Under the pieces are notes generated by a model. That model was given only the letters and a program-made list of their open reading frames with translations, ran no database searches and was not told where the DNA came from. The position numbers and the translations under genes were made by a program. This document shows positions 47,195 through 56,429 of a stretch of 60,033 nucleotides of DNA, one piece after another (the stretch's first letter is position 1; each line of letters starts with the position of its first letter). The stretch is from Thermoplasmata archaeon UBA184 (GTDB taxonomy: Archaea > Thermoplasmatota > Thermoplasmata > Lutacidiplasmatales > UBA184), in the NCBI GenBank assembly GCA_002495185.1, contig DAEB01000027.1, forward strand, positions 22,373 through 82,405. Direction: 5' to 3'.

Positions 47195-48061
47195 TCAGCG
47201 CTCCGGGGCAATCGATGGTTCGCCCCCGCCCACGGGCGGGAGTCTCCGACCAGCGGAGAGGCGACTCCACCGAGCCCACCCGTCCACGAAGGCGACCGGC
47301 TTCATCATCGCCTCGACGAGGCGGAGAGGGTGACGAACCGCGCGACGCCGCTCAGCGAGCCGACCCGAAAGCTCTCCGTTCTTGACGAGGGACATCGTCA
47401 TCGCGACCAGGTAGCGGTACCGTTTGCGCGCCCATCGGTAAAGGCTCGTCTCCGAGCTCCCGTCGTGAAAGACCCACGCCTCGGGGAGGAACGCTCCGGT
47501 AAGCCCCGCGCGCGCGGCCCGGGTCTCGAGGTCGTGGTCCTCGGCGTACGGGATGCGAGGGTCGAACCCGAGTCGCCGGAGGGTCTCCGTCCTCCACGCG
47601 GTGTTCTGGAGCGGAAGGTAGGTGACCCGCCGCGGGACGAGGTCGGAGTAGATCGACTCCTCGAGCAGCACCGAGTAGCGCTCCAGGGAGCCGACCGGGG
47701 CTCGTAGGGGCCGCGTCGGTCCGCCCGAGAAATCCGCCTTCCCGTCCTCGATCGGCGCGAGGAGACGGGCAAGCCACTCCGGGGGGGCTCGCTCGTCCGC
47801 GTCGAGGAACGCCGTGAGGTCGGTGTCCAGCTCGCGCACGCTGGCGGCCCGGGCGTCCACTACCCCACCCGGAAACCGTCTCAGCCGAAGATCGAGCGAG
47901 GGGAACCGGCTCTGGATCTTCTCCGCGAGAGCGGCGGACGTCTCGGGTGAGGCGGCGACCAGCACTCGGTCGGGACGTCGTTGCTGGGAGGCGAGAGAGC
48001 CGAGCGCGTCGAGCACTCTCGGGTCGTCCCGGACCGCGACCTCGACCGTTACGGAGTCCAT
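47195..48061 (-). CDS. Glycosyltransferase family 2
   Basis: N-terminal GT-A fold with FLDADE (DxD). 288 aa. Confidence 0.8.
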   Translation of the reverse strand: MDSVTVEVAVRDDPRVLDALGSLASQQRRPDRVLVAASPETSAALAEKIQSRFPSLDLRLRRFPGGVVDARAASVRELDTDLTAFLDADERAPPEWLARLLAPIEDGKADFSGGPTRPLRAPVGSLERYSVLLEESIYSDLVPRRVTYLPLQNTAWRTETLRRLGFDPRIPYAEDHDLETRAARAGLTGAFLPEAWVFHDGSSETSLYRWARKRYRYLVAMTMSLVKNGELSGRLAERRRAVRHPLRLVEAMMKPVAFVDGWARWSRLSAGRRLPPVGGGEPSIAPER

Positions 48062-48151
48062 CGCACCGCGACCGTCCGAGCGTGCATCGTCGGGTCGCTC
48101 CTCGAGCCCGAATGCGCCAAGAGCTTAATCTCGAGGGAGCCTCGGGAGGCC

Positions 48152-49189
48152 GTGCGGATTCTCCTGGTCGGCGGGGGGGTCCAGCCGATACCCCCGACCG
48201 GGTACGGTGCGGTCGAGAGGATCATCGCCGACCTCCAAGCGGCGCTCGTCTCTGCGGGGCATCAGGTCGAGGTGCTCAACCAGGTCCGTCATCGCCGGAT
48301 GCGGGACGAGTACCCGTTCGCTTGGGAGCTCCCTCGCCTCCTTCGGGGTCGCGCCTACGACGTGATCCACGCCCATACCCCCGTCGTCGCGAACCGACTC
48401 GCCTTCGGCGGATACCCGTTCGTTTACACCTCCCATTCGCGTCACTGGTTCTATCGCGACCGATGGAGCCACCGCTGGGGGTACTGGCTCGAGCGCCGCG
48501 CCGTGCGAAACGCGAGCGCGGTGATCGCTCTGACCCCGACGCTGGCCCGCACCATGGCTTCGGTGGTGCGTCCCCCCCTTCCGCCGGTCACGGTCCTTCC
48601 GTTCGGGGTGGACTCGAGCCGGTTCACCCCGCGTTGGGAGCGACGGACCGGGCGGACGGTGCTCGGGGTGGGAGTGGTCCTTCCGTTCAAGCGCTGGGAG
48701 CTTGCCGCGGCCGCCCTGCGCGGTCTCGGGGTCCGTCTCCGCATCGCCGGGCCGACCCCGTCCGCGGAATACGCGGCGAAAGTCCGCCGGGCCGGGGACG
48801 AGGTCGAGCTTCTCGGGGAAGTCTCGCCGGAAGAGCTCGTTCGGCTCTACGCCGAGAGCGACGTTCTCGTTCACCCCAGTGGGGTCGAGGTTCTCTCGGC
48901 GACCGTCCTCGAGGCGCTCGCCTCCGGACTTCCGGTCCTCGGTGGTCCGGCGGTAGCGGACGAGGTGGACGATGGTTCGACGGGATGGGTGCTCCCCGAC
49001 GCGAACGTCGACGCCTTCGTCGCCGGGATGCGCGCTCGCGTGGGGCTCCTCACGTCCGACGACCGGCTCCGGAGGAAGATGGGCGAGCAAGCCCGCGCGA
49101 CCGCGGAGACTCGGTACTCCTGGCCCCGAATCGCCGCCGAGCACGTGAAGGTCTACGAGTCCGTGGCCGGCCACGCCCGGTCCGGCTAA
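48152..49189 (+). CDS. Glycosyltransferase family 4 (GT-B, GT1/GT4-like)
   Basis: VRILLVGGGVQPIPPTGYGAVERII and a C-terminal E-x7-E region (VHPSGVEVLSATVLEALASGLPVL). GTG at 48152, with GCTTAATC about 25 nt upstream. Divergent from the GT2 gene. Confidence 0.8.
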   Translation: MRILLVGGGVQPIPPTGYGAVERIIADLQAALVSAGHQVEVLNQVRHRRMRDEYPFAWELPRLLRGRAYDVIHAHTPVVANRLAFGGYPFVYTSHSRHWFYRDRWSHRWGYWLERRAVRNASAVIALTPTLARTMASVVRPPLPPVTVLPFGVDSSRFTPRWERRTGRTVLGVGVVLPFKRWELAAAALRGLGVRLRIAGPTPSAEYAAKVRRAGDEVELLGEVSPEELVRLYAESDVLVHPSGVEVLSATVLEALASGLPVLGGPAVADEVDDGSTGWVLPDANVDAFVAGMRARVGLLTSDDRLRRKMGEQARATAETRYSWPRIAAEHVKVYESVAGHARSG

Positions 49190-50172
49190 TCGGAACGGTG
49201 CGTCGAACTCTCGGGACGACGAGCGTCGAGCAGGTCCTGGATGGATCGGTCGACGGCCTGGGCGCTGGTCCACCGCGGGTTCCAGCCGAGCGCCTGGACC
49301 TTGCGGATTGAGAGAAGCTGGAGCGGAACGTCTCCGACCCAGCCGCGTTCCCCGCCGGTGAATTCGAGGCGGGCCCGACCCCCGAACGCGGCCACGACCT
49401 TCTCCGCGATCTCCCGCGCCGAGATCTGATCGACGTTCCCGAGATTGTAGATGTTGACCCGGTCGCGTGCCCGGTCCGTCGCGCAGAACATTCCGTCGAC
49501 GCAGTCCTCCGTGCGAAGGTAGCTCTTCCGCTGCTGTCCGTCCCCGAGGACCTCGAGCCGGGTCGGGTCCCGGCGAAGCTTCTCGAAGAAGTCGGGAAGG
49601 ATCCCGTGGGTCATGTTGGGTCCAATGATGTTCGCGAACCGGAAGATGTACACGGTGAGGCCGTACGAGTATGCGTAGGCGCTGAGGAGCCCCTCGGCGG
49701 CGAGCTTCGCCGCTCCGTAGAGCGACTGGGGTTCGAGGGGTCCGTACTCTTCCGGGGTTGGAAAGAGGGAAGCGAGACCATAGACGACGCTCGACGAGGA
49801 GAACACGACCCGAGAGACGTCGTGGCGCCGGGCGGCCTCGAGGACATGGTAGGTGACGACCGTCCCCTCGTCGAGGTCCAGGCGCGAGTCGCTGAGGCCG
49901 CGTCGGATGTCCGGGTTCGTCGCGAGATGCCACACCGTCGAGGCACCCCGAAACTGCTCCTGATAGGTCGAGGGATCCTTGAGGTCCGCCACTGTGAGGA
50001 CCGACGACTTGCCGCTGCGAGACGGAGCGAGATGCTCGCGACGACCGCTCGAAAGATTGTCGATGACGCGGACCTCGTTCGAACGGTCGAGCAGCGATCG
50101 GACGAGCACGGAGCCGATCGCGCCCGCGCCTCCCGTGACGACAACCGGCCCCTCGGCCCCGCGGTCCGGCAT
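49186..50172 (-). CDS. NAD-dependent epimerase/dehydratase (UDP-glucose 4-epimerase family SDR)
   Basis: VVVTGGAGAIGSVLV (GxxGxxG), SSSVVYG, YGAAKLAAE (YxxxK). Confidence 0.88.
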   Translation of the reverse strand: MPDRGAEGPVVVTGGAGAIGSVLVRSLLDRSNEVRVIDNLSSGRREHLAPSRSGKSSVLTVADLKDPSTYQEQFRGASTVWHLATNPDIRRGLSDSRLDLDEGTVVTYHVLEAARRHDVSRVVFSSSSVVYGLASLFPTPEEYGPLEPQSLYGAAKLAAEGLLSAYAYSYGLTVYIFRFANIIGPNMTHGILPDFFEKLRRDPTRLEVLGDGQQRKSYLRTEDCVDGMFCATDRARDRVNIYNLGNVDQISAREIAEKVVAAFGGRARLEFTGGERGWVGDVPLQLLSIRKVQALGWNPRWTSAQAVDRSIQDLLDARRPESSTHRSD

Positions 50173-50196
50173 CGGGTCGGCCGGAGCTGGGGAAGC

Positions 50197-50205
50197 ATAT
50201 ATAAG
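50197..50205 (+). promoter_or_regulatory. TATA box (ATATATAAG) of the small-protein/wHTH/GNAT cassette
   Basis: The strongest AT island in this part of the window, about 50 nt upstream of the ATG at 50256. Confidence 0.45.
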
Positions 50206-50255
50206 TGGAGTCCCGCCTAAACACGAACCGCCGACAATCCCGGGGGGAACGGGAT

Positions 50256-50480
50256 ATGCGCACGTACGTTCGGATGACGTTCCACTCGGAGGGGGCGAAC
50301 CCGATGAAGGTCGTCGAGGCGATGCACGGTCTCGGGTTCGAGGAGTCCATGGGGATGCACGATTTCGTCTACAAGTGGAAGGACAAGGCGACGATCGACG
50401 ACGTCATCCGGCTGATGACGGAGATGCACGATCGCCTCCGTGGACTCGACGTCAACTACGAGATCACCACCATTTCGTGA
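50256..50480 (+). CDS. Small conserved-looking hypothetical protein (74 aa, predicted alpha/beta)
   Basis: MRTYVRMTFHSEGANPMKVVEAMHGLGFEESMGMHDFVYKWKDKATIDDVIRLMTEMHDRLRGLDVNYEITTIS. Its normal, non-Arg/Pro-biased composition argues for real coding. Confidence 0.55.
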   Translation: MRTYVRMTFHSEGANPMKVVEAMHGLGFEESMGMHDFVYKWKDKATIDDVIRLMTEMHDRLRGLDVNYEITTIS

Positions 50481-50496
50481 CCCACCGGACTCACCG

Positions 50497-50892
50497 ATGC
50501 CGGCAGAGGAGCTGGACCGTCTGGAACGCCTGCTCCTCTTGCATCTGTTGGAGCACCGCGGCCAGCAGATCCGGTTCGAGGCCTCCCAGTGGACGACCGA
50601 GTTTGGGATCCTGAGGAAGTTCTCGAACGAGGACCTCAACGACGTGAAGCAGGCGCTCCGCGTCCTCGAGACCGGGCGAATGATCTACCGGCGGACGCAG
50701 TACGTGGTCGGGTACTCGGAACCGAAGCATGTCTTCTCCCTGACCCCGAGCGGCCATCGGAAGGCGCTCGAATACCGACGTGAGGAGGAAGGGGACGGCG
50801 CATCCGTCGACCTGCCCACCGCCGAGTCCTCCGCGATCGCAGCGGACGGGGAGCGATCGCCGGCCCCGCCCCGGCGACCGTCCCCGAACTGA
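50497..50892 (+). CDS. Winged helix-turn-helix DNA-binding protein with disordered C-tail
   Basis: LERLLLLHLLEH...DVKQALRVLETGRMIYRR...HVFSLTPSGHRKAL (helix-turn-helix plus wing). Lies 16 nt after the small ORF. Confidence 0.6.
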   Translation: MPAEELDRLERLLLLHLLEHRGQQIRFEASQWTTEFGILRKFSNEDLNDVKQALRVLETGRMIYRRTQYVVGYSEPKHVFSLTPSGHRKALEYRREEEGDGASVDLPTAESSAIAADGERSPAPPRRPSPN

Positions 50893-50898
50893 GCCGGG

Positions 50899-51450
50899 AT
50901 GACGGCCCTCGACGGCGCCCTCGTTCGGCTTCGCCCGCTCGCGTCGGCCGACCTCGAGCCCGTCTTCTCCTGGTACAACGACCCCGAGGTCGTGGCCCCC
51001 TTCGACCGATTCTCGGTCGATTCGTTCGACGACTTTCGGGACGCGGTCTCGAACGCGGCCGACGACCCGACGTCCCTCGCGCCGAGGTTCGCGGTCGAGC
51101 GCCGGGACGACGGGCGGGTCGTCGGGGTCGTGGGCTACTATCGGGCGCATCCGGTGCTCGAGTACATGGATGTCTGGTACGTCCTAGGGGACCGAGCCGC
51201 CCGCGGTCACGGTTTCGGGAAGGAGGCGGTCGGACTCCTGACGGGCCACCTCTTTTCCACGACGTCACTCGAACGCATCGGCGCGACGTGCGATGTGGAG
51301 AACGTTCCATCGTACCGACTCCTGGAGGGACTCGGCTTCCGCCTCGAGGGGACGCTCAAGTCAGCGCTCTACCATCACGCCCATTGGCACGACGTACGGG
51401 TCTACGGGGTTACCCGGGCGGAGTGGGAAGCGAGGGCTCCTCGAGAGTGA
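50899..51450 (+). CDS. GNAT N-acetyltransferase (RimJ/RimL-like)
   Basis: VRLRPLASADLEPVFSWYNDPEV, GRVVGVVGYY, RGHGFGKEAV, NVPSYRLLEGLGFRLEG. Lies 6 nt after the wHTH gene. Confidence 0.8.
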   Translation: MTALDGALVRLRPLASADLEPVFSWYNDPEVVAPFDRFSVDSFDDFRDAVSNAADDPTSLAPRFAVERRDDGRVVGVVGYYRAHPVLEYMDVWYVLGDRAARGHGFGKEAVGLLTGHLFSTTSLERIGATCDVENVPSYRLLEGLGFRLEGTLKSALYHHAHWHDVRVYGVTRAEWEARAPRE

Positions 51451-52171
51451 AGCCGACCCGGTCCCCGCCCGGGACCGGGACCGGTGGGTGCAGCGCGACC
51501 CGGCCGATCTCGCGGGTCGACCGGAGATGGGTTCCCCCGCACGGGCACACATCGGCGGCCTCGATCTCGACGACCCGGACCGGGTCGACCTGCGCCGGCA
51601 GGGGGACGAGACCCGATCGCTCCGCGAACGGGTTGCGGTCCCATTCCGCCCGGGGGACATGACGAAGGGTCACCGGACGCGGGTGGAGGACGGCCTCCGC
51701 AAGGTCGTCCTGGAGCAAGGGGATCACTTCGGGCGGGAGGGCCCCCTCGAGGTCCAGGGTCGCGCCGCTCCCCATCAGTTGAGCCCGCCGAGTCCTCAGC
51801 CGGGTCCGGGCGAAGATCCGCGCGCTCAGAAGGTGCTGGCCGGTATGGAGGCGCATGTGACGGTAGCGTCGGTCCCAATCGAGGACGCCCTCGACCTCGG
51901 TCCCGGCCGCAAGCTCCCGTAGGGCGGCGGGGGAGCCCCGGACCCGGTGCAGGACCGAGAGGCCGGACTTCGTCACGTCAATGACCTCCACCGTCGTTCT
52001 CCCCGAAATGGAGAGGGTCCCTCGGTCGCTCGGCTGTCCGCCTCCCGTCGGGTAGAAGTAGGTCCGGTCGAGCACGACCGCGCCCGGGGGGAGCGCCGTG
52101 ACCCTGGCCCGGAACGAGCGGACGTACGCCGCCTCCGGTTCGCTCAGGTACGCGAGCTCGGTCACGGGCAA
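51410..52171 (-). CDS. alaX: Alanyl-tRNA editing protein AlaX (AlaX-M type)
   Basis: DRTYFYPTGGGQPSDRG, HMRLHTGQHLL (HxxxH) and CPCGGTHL (Cxxx H). 253 aa. Confidence 0.85.
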   Translation of the reverse strand: MPVTELAYLSEPEAAYVRSFRARVTALPPGAVVLDRTYFYPTGGGQPSDRGTLSISGRTTVEVIDVTKSGLSVLHRVRGSPAALRELAAGTEVEGVLDWDRRYRHMRLHTGQHLLSARIFARTRLRTRRAQLMGSGATLDLEGALPPEVIPLLQDDLAEAVLHPRPVTLRHVPRAEWDRNPFAERSGLVPLPAQVDPVRVVEIEAADVCPCGGTHLRSTREIGRVALHPPVPVPGGDRVGFTLEEPSLPTPPG

Positions 52172-52262
52172 GGCGAATCACCGGTGAAGAAACCCGTTGC
52201 GGAGAGGCCCCGCTCTCGGCAACCTTTTTAGAGGGGACCGATGTGACGCGCCGAGGAATTGG

Positions 52263-52994
52263 ATGTTCAAGCTTCGGATCAAGATGGAAAACCTCCGGGA
52301 GGTCGTCGAGGTCGTCTCGACCCTGGTCAGCGAGGTCAAGCTGACGATCTCGAAGGACGGACTCGAAGCGAAGGCGGTCGACCCGTCCCACGTCGCGATG
52401 CTGGTCCTCAAGCTCCAGAAGGGGATCTTCGAAGAGTTCACGGGCGAGAGCACAGAGATCGGGGTGGACGTAGAGAAGCTCAAGGAGGTCCTCCGGCTCT
52501 CGAAGCCGGGTGACGTCATCGACCTTCAGTTCGACGGGAAGAATCGGCTGGTCGCCTCGGTCGGTCGGCTCACCCGTCAGATGGCGATCGTCGACCCGGC
52601 GGGCATCACCGACCCAAAGGTCCCGAACGTGAACCCGCCCGCGAGCGTGACGCTGAAGACCGAGGACATGCGCCAGGGGATTCGAGGGAGCGAGAGCTTC
52701 ACCGACCACGTGACGCTCTCCCTCGAGCCGGACGCGTTCACGATGCACTCGGAGGGGGACACCGACCGGCTCGACCTCCGGATCCCGAAGGACTCGCTCA
52801 CCCGGCTTGACGTTAAGGAGCCGGTGAAGAGCATGTATCCTCTCGACTTCTTCTCGGCCATGGTGAAGTCGATCTCGGCGGAGGAGACGACCCTCCACGT
52901 CGGCAACGAGTACCCGCTCAAGATCGAGTTCGCCATGGCGGCCGGACGCGGTGAGGGCCGCTACCTCCTCGCGCCGCGGGTCGAAGAGGATTGA
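52263..52994 (+). CDS. pcn: DNA polymerase sliding clamp (PCNA)
   Basis: 243 aa from MFKLRIKMENLREVVEVVSTLVSEVKLTISKDGLEAKAVDPSHVAMLVL. Two-domain clamp pattern. C-terminus RYLLAPRVEED. Confidence 0.9.
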   Translation: MFKLRIKMENLREVVEVVSTLVSEVKLTISKDGLEAKAVDPSHVAMLVLKLQKGIFEEFTGESTEIGVDVEKLKEVLRLSKPGDVIDLQFDGKNRLVASVGRLTRQMAIVDPAGITDPKVPNVNPPASVTLKTEDMRQGIRGSESFTDHVTLSLEPDAFTMHSEGDTDRLDLRIPKDSLTRLDVKEPVKSMYPLDFFSAMVKSISAEETTLHVGNEYPLKIEFAMAAGRGEGRYLLAPRVEED

Positions 52995-53093
52995 GGTTCC
53001 CCGACCTCACCTCCCGCCGCCGCAGCTCGATAGGCCGTGTCGTACGCCCGCGGCACGCGCCATCCTCTTAATCCGTCGACCGGTCGGTGGGCC

Positions 53094-54299
53094 ATGCCCG
53101 ACCGTCCCGAGCTCTCCGTAGCCATCCTCTCGGCGACTCGCACGCCCATCGGGAAGTTCGGAGGCTCGCTCCGCAACGTTCTCGCGCCCGAGCTCGGTGC
53201 TCACGCCGCCCGAGCGGCGGTCGAGCGTTCGGGGATTCCCGCGGCGGAGATCGACGAAGTGCTGTTCGGGAACGGCATCCAGGCCGGTGTCGGCCAGAAC
53301 CCCGCCCGACAGGTGCTGCGCGGGGTCGGGATTCCCGACAGTGCCGGTGCGGCGACCATCAACATGGTCTGCGGGTCGGGTCTCAAGGCGATCAACCTCG
53401 GCTTCGCGGTCATCCGGGCAGGGGAGTTCGACCGAGTTCTCGTGGGAGGGATGGAGAGCATGTCGAACGCCCCCCACCTCCTGCCGGGTCGAGTACGCTG
53501 GGGAAGCAAGCCCGGGCCGCACTTTCTCGATGACGCGATGCAACGCGACGGTCTGATGGACGCGTACGGGGAGCACGAGATCATGGGGCTGACGGGGGAG
53601 CGAGTCGCGCGCCACTTCCACCTGACCCGGGCCGAGGTCGACGCGTTCGCCCTTCGCAGCAACCGGCTCGCCGTACAGGCCCTGCACGACGGCTACTTCG
53701 CCGCGGAGGTCGTACCGGTTCCCGAATCGATGACACCGGGAGCGAAGGGGCTCGCGCACGACGAGTGCCCTCGGCCCGACACGAGCCTCGAGGCTCTCGG
53801 GAAGCTCCGGCCGGCGTTCGGCTCGGACGGCGTCCTGACGGCCGGCAACTCCTCCCAGATCTCGGACGGCGCGGCCGCGCTCGTCCTCGCCAGCCGGCGG
53901 GAGGTCGAGTCCCGGGGGCTGAAGCCGCTCGCGTGGATCCACTCGACCGGCGAGAGCGGAGTTCACCCGGACGACGTGATGGAGGCGCCCATCCCGACGG
54001 TCCGTAAGCACCTCGCGCGCGTCGGAATCGCTCCGGCCCAGTTCGACCGGGTCGAGCACAACGAGGCGTTCGCCTCCGCGTCCATCGCGGTCCAGCGAAC
54101 GTTCGGGTTCACCGAGGAACAGTTCAACGTCCACGGCGGTGCGGTCGCGCTGGGCCATCCGATCGGGGCGAGCGGCGCCCGGATCGTCGTGACGCTGGTC
54201 CAGGAGCTCGCCCGGACGAAGACGCGCCTCGGGCTCGCCACGGCCTGCATGGGCGGCGGGAACGGCCTCAGCCTGATCGTCGACCGGACCGGCCCCTGA
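53094..54299 (+). CDS. Acetyl-CoA C-acetyltransferase (thiolase)
   Basis: TPIGKFGGSL, NMVCGSGLKAI (active Cys), NVHGGAVALGHPIGASGAR and ACMGGGNG. ATG at 53094, with CTCTTAAT about 25 nt upstream. Confidence 0.9.
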   Translation: MPDRPELSVAILSATRTPIGKFGGSLRNVLAPELGAHAARAAVERSGIPAAEIDEVLFGNGIQAGVGQNPARQVLRGVGIPDSAGAATINMVCGSGLKAINLGFAVIRAGEFDRVLVGGMESMSNAPHLLPGRVRWGSKPGPHFLDDAMQRDGLMDAYGEHEIMGLTGERVARHFHLTRAEVDAFALRSNRLAVQALHDGYFAAEVVPVPESMTPGAKGLAHDECPRPDTSLEALGKLRPAFGSDGVLTAGNSSQISDGAAALVLASRREVESRGLKPLAWIHSTGESGVHPDDVMEAPIPTVRKHLARVGIAPAQFDRVEHNEAFASASIAVQRTFGFTEEQFNVHGGAVALGHPIGASGARIVVTLVQELARTKTRLGLATACMGGGNGLSLIVDRTGP

Positions 54300-55518
54300 G
54301 CGGTAGGAGCGAGATTCCCGTCCGGTCCTCGACCTCTCGCAACGCATCCCGGACCGGGGCGCGCTCCCCCGCGGCCACGCGCTCGCTCGCGTCCTTTCCG
54401 AGCTCGGCCGAGAAGGCCCGCAACCGGTCGATGACCTTGTCGGTGGCGAGACCCTCGGAAAGGTCGGAGCGCACGCCCTCCGAGAGTCTCCGCGCGAACG
54501 CCGCGCCGAGGGCACCGCCCCGGCCGGGCTCGAGCCACCGGCGAAGGTTCCTCCGGAGCTCCTCGTACTCCCGCTGCGACTTGTCGAGGGCGAACGGGCT
54601 CCACTCGATCCGAACTCGATAGGGAGTGGAGAGGAGGTACCACCGCAGTCCTCCCGCGCTCGTGCTCTTCAGTGCGGAGCGCAGCGAGGTCAGGTTGCCC
54701 GTCGACTTCGACATCTTCGCCCCGGCCTGCAGGACGAACGCCGTGTGGACGAACATCCGCGAGAACGGCTTTCCGTCGAGCGCGAGGGCGATCTCGTTCT
54801 CCGCGTGGTGGTGAGGGTAGATCAGGTCGAGCCCACCCCCGTGGAGGTCGACGGGAATGTCGAGGATGCGCCGGGCCATCGCGTAGCACTCCAGATGCCA
54901 GCCCGGCGTCCCCCGACCCCACTTGCTCGGCCAGGAGGGGAGCGGAGGGTCCTGCCGCTTCCAGATCACGAACTCCCCGAGCGCGCCCTCTCGTCGAGGG
55001 AACGGGTGGTCCGGCTCCTCGACCGCATGACGTGCCAGGTCCGCCTCGTTGAGGAAGTTCTCTTCCTCCGGCCGTTCGGGCGGAGAGTAGATCCAGAGGT
55101 CGCCTTCACGGCGGACCCGTCCGGTCCGGTCGAGCGCCTCGGCCACGCGAACGATGTCGGGGGCGAAATCGCTCGCGCGGGGATGGTCGACCGGAGGAAG
55201 GATCCCGAACCGCCCCATGTCGCGGAAGAACGCGGCTTCTTCCCGCCGGGCGAGGGCGCGCCACGTCGTGCCGAGCTCGGCGGCCCGACGGTCGATCTTG
55301 TCCTCGAAATCGGTGATGTTCATCACGTGATGGACGAAGTGCCCCTCGGCCGCGAGGAACCGTCGAACGATGTCGAAGAACAGGTACGTGCGGGCGTGGC
55401 CGACGTGGGCCGCGTAGTACACCGTGGGCCCGCAGGCATAGAGCGTGACCGGCCGGCCGGGAAGCGCGCGGACCTTGCGACGTTCGCCGGAGCGCGTATC
55501 CTCGAGCCGGAGACGCAT
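54268..55518 (-). CDS. cysS: Cysteine--tRNA ligase
   Basis: YACGPTVYYAAHVGHARTY (HIGH), GWHLEC, KMSKSTGN (KMSKS). Its 3' end overlaps the thiolase gene by 32 nt. Confidence 0.92.
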   Translation of the reverse strand: MRLRLEDTRSGERRKVRALPGRPVTLYACGPTVYYAAHVGHARTYLFFDIVRRFLAAEGHFVHHVMNITDFEDKIDRRAAELGTTWRALARREEAAFFRDMGRFGILPPVDHPRASDFAPDIVRVAEALDRTGRVRREGDLWIYSPPERPEEENFLNEADLARHAVEEPDHPFPRREGALGEFVIWKRQDPPLPSWPSKWGRGTPGWHLECYAMARRILDIPVDLHGGGLDLIYPHHHAENEIALALDGKPFSRMFVHTAFVLQAGAKMSKSTGNLTSLRSALKSTSAGGLRWYLLSTPYRVRIEWSPFALDKSQREYEELRRNLRRWLEPGRGGALGAAFARRLSEGVRSDLSEGLATDKVIDRLRAFSAELGKDASERVAAGERAPVRDALREVEDRTGISLLPLRGRSGRRSG

Positions 55519-55634
55519 GGCGTCCGAACCGGCGCCCCGCCGTGGATAACGCTTTGGGAACGGGTTACCCGCTGATAGCCTCGGAAGGTTGAAGGGGGAG
55601 GACGGTGCTTGTCGGCGCGGGGGCGAGCGGGCGG

Positions 55635-55871
55635 ATGGAGACGCTCTATCTCCTCGTCGAGACCGAGGTCGGTCGCCTCGACGAGGTCCTGAACCGGCTC
55701 AAGTCGGTTCCCGGCGTCACCGAGGTCCAGGCGGTCACCGGGCCGTTCGACCTCATCGTCAAGGTGGAGGCGCCCCACATCAACGTCGCGCTGGATACGG
55801 TGGTTCACCGGATTCGCAAGATCGCCGGGATCAAGTCCACCGAGACGCTCGTGACGGTCGCGACCGGGTGA
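55635..55871 (+). CDS. Stand-alone Lrp/AsnC ligand-binding (RAM) domain protein
   Basis: 78 aa. METLYLLVETEVGRLDEVLNRLKSVPGVTEVQAVTGPFDLIVKVEA... No HTH domain. Confidence 0.7.
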   Translation: METLYLLVETEVGRLDEVLNRLKSVPGVTEVQAVTGPFDLIVKVEAPHINVALDTVVHRIRKIAGIKSTETLVTVATG

Positions 55872-55924
55872 ACCGTCGGGCGTCGGTCGGCCCCATAAAA
55901 TACCCGTTCCACTTCGGGCGGCGC

Positions 55925-56365
55925 ATGGTCGAGGTGGGCGAGAGCGCTCCGGACTTCACCGCGCCGAACCAGGACGGCACCCCGTTCCGCCTTTCCTCGC
56001 TCCGCGGGTCGCCCGTGGTCCTCTACTTCTACCCGGAGGCGGACACTCCCGGCTGCACGATCGAGTCGAAGGGGTTCCGGGACGTCTATCCGCAGTTCCA
56101 AGCGCAGAAGGTCCGCGTCGTCGGCGTGAGCGTGGACGATTGCCCCAAGCAGAAGGCGTTCGCGCAGAAGTACGGTCTCCCGTTTCCCCTGGTCGCCGAC
56201 TCCTCGAGGAGCGTCGCCCAGGCGTACGGGGTGCTCAACCCCCGGGGTCGGGCGCGTCGTGTCACCTTCCTCATCGACTCGGACGGGAAGGTCGTCGAGG
56301 TTATCGACACCTCGTCCCCCGGACCGCATCTCGAGCGAGCCCGCGCTCGCTTTCTCACCGCGTAG
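55925..56365 (+). CDS. bcp: Thioredoxin-dependent peroxiredoxin (Bcp type)
   Basis: APDFTAPNQDGTPFRLSSLRGSPVVLYFYPEADTPGCTIE and FPLVADS. TATA-like CATAAAATAC lies 25 nt upstream of the ATG. Confidence 0.88.
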   Translation: MVEVGESAPDFTAPNQDGTPFRLSSLRGSPVVLYFYPEADTPGCTIESKGFRDVYPQFQAQKVRVVGVSVDDCPKQKAFAQKYGLPFPLVADSSRSVAQAYGVLNPRGRARRVTFLIDSDGKVVEVIDTSSPGPHLERARARFLTA

Positions 56366-56429
56366 GCGGCGCGCACTCTGCGCCCCCGCGGCCTCGGGCT
56401 CCGACCGGGAGGAGACCGGTCGGCCGAGT

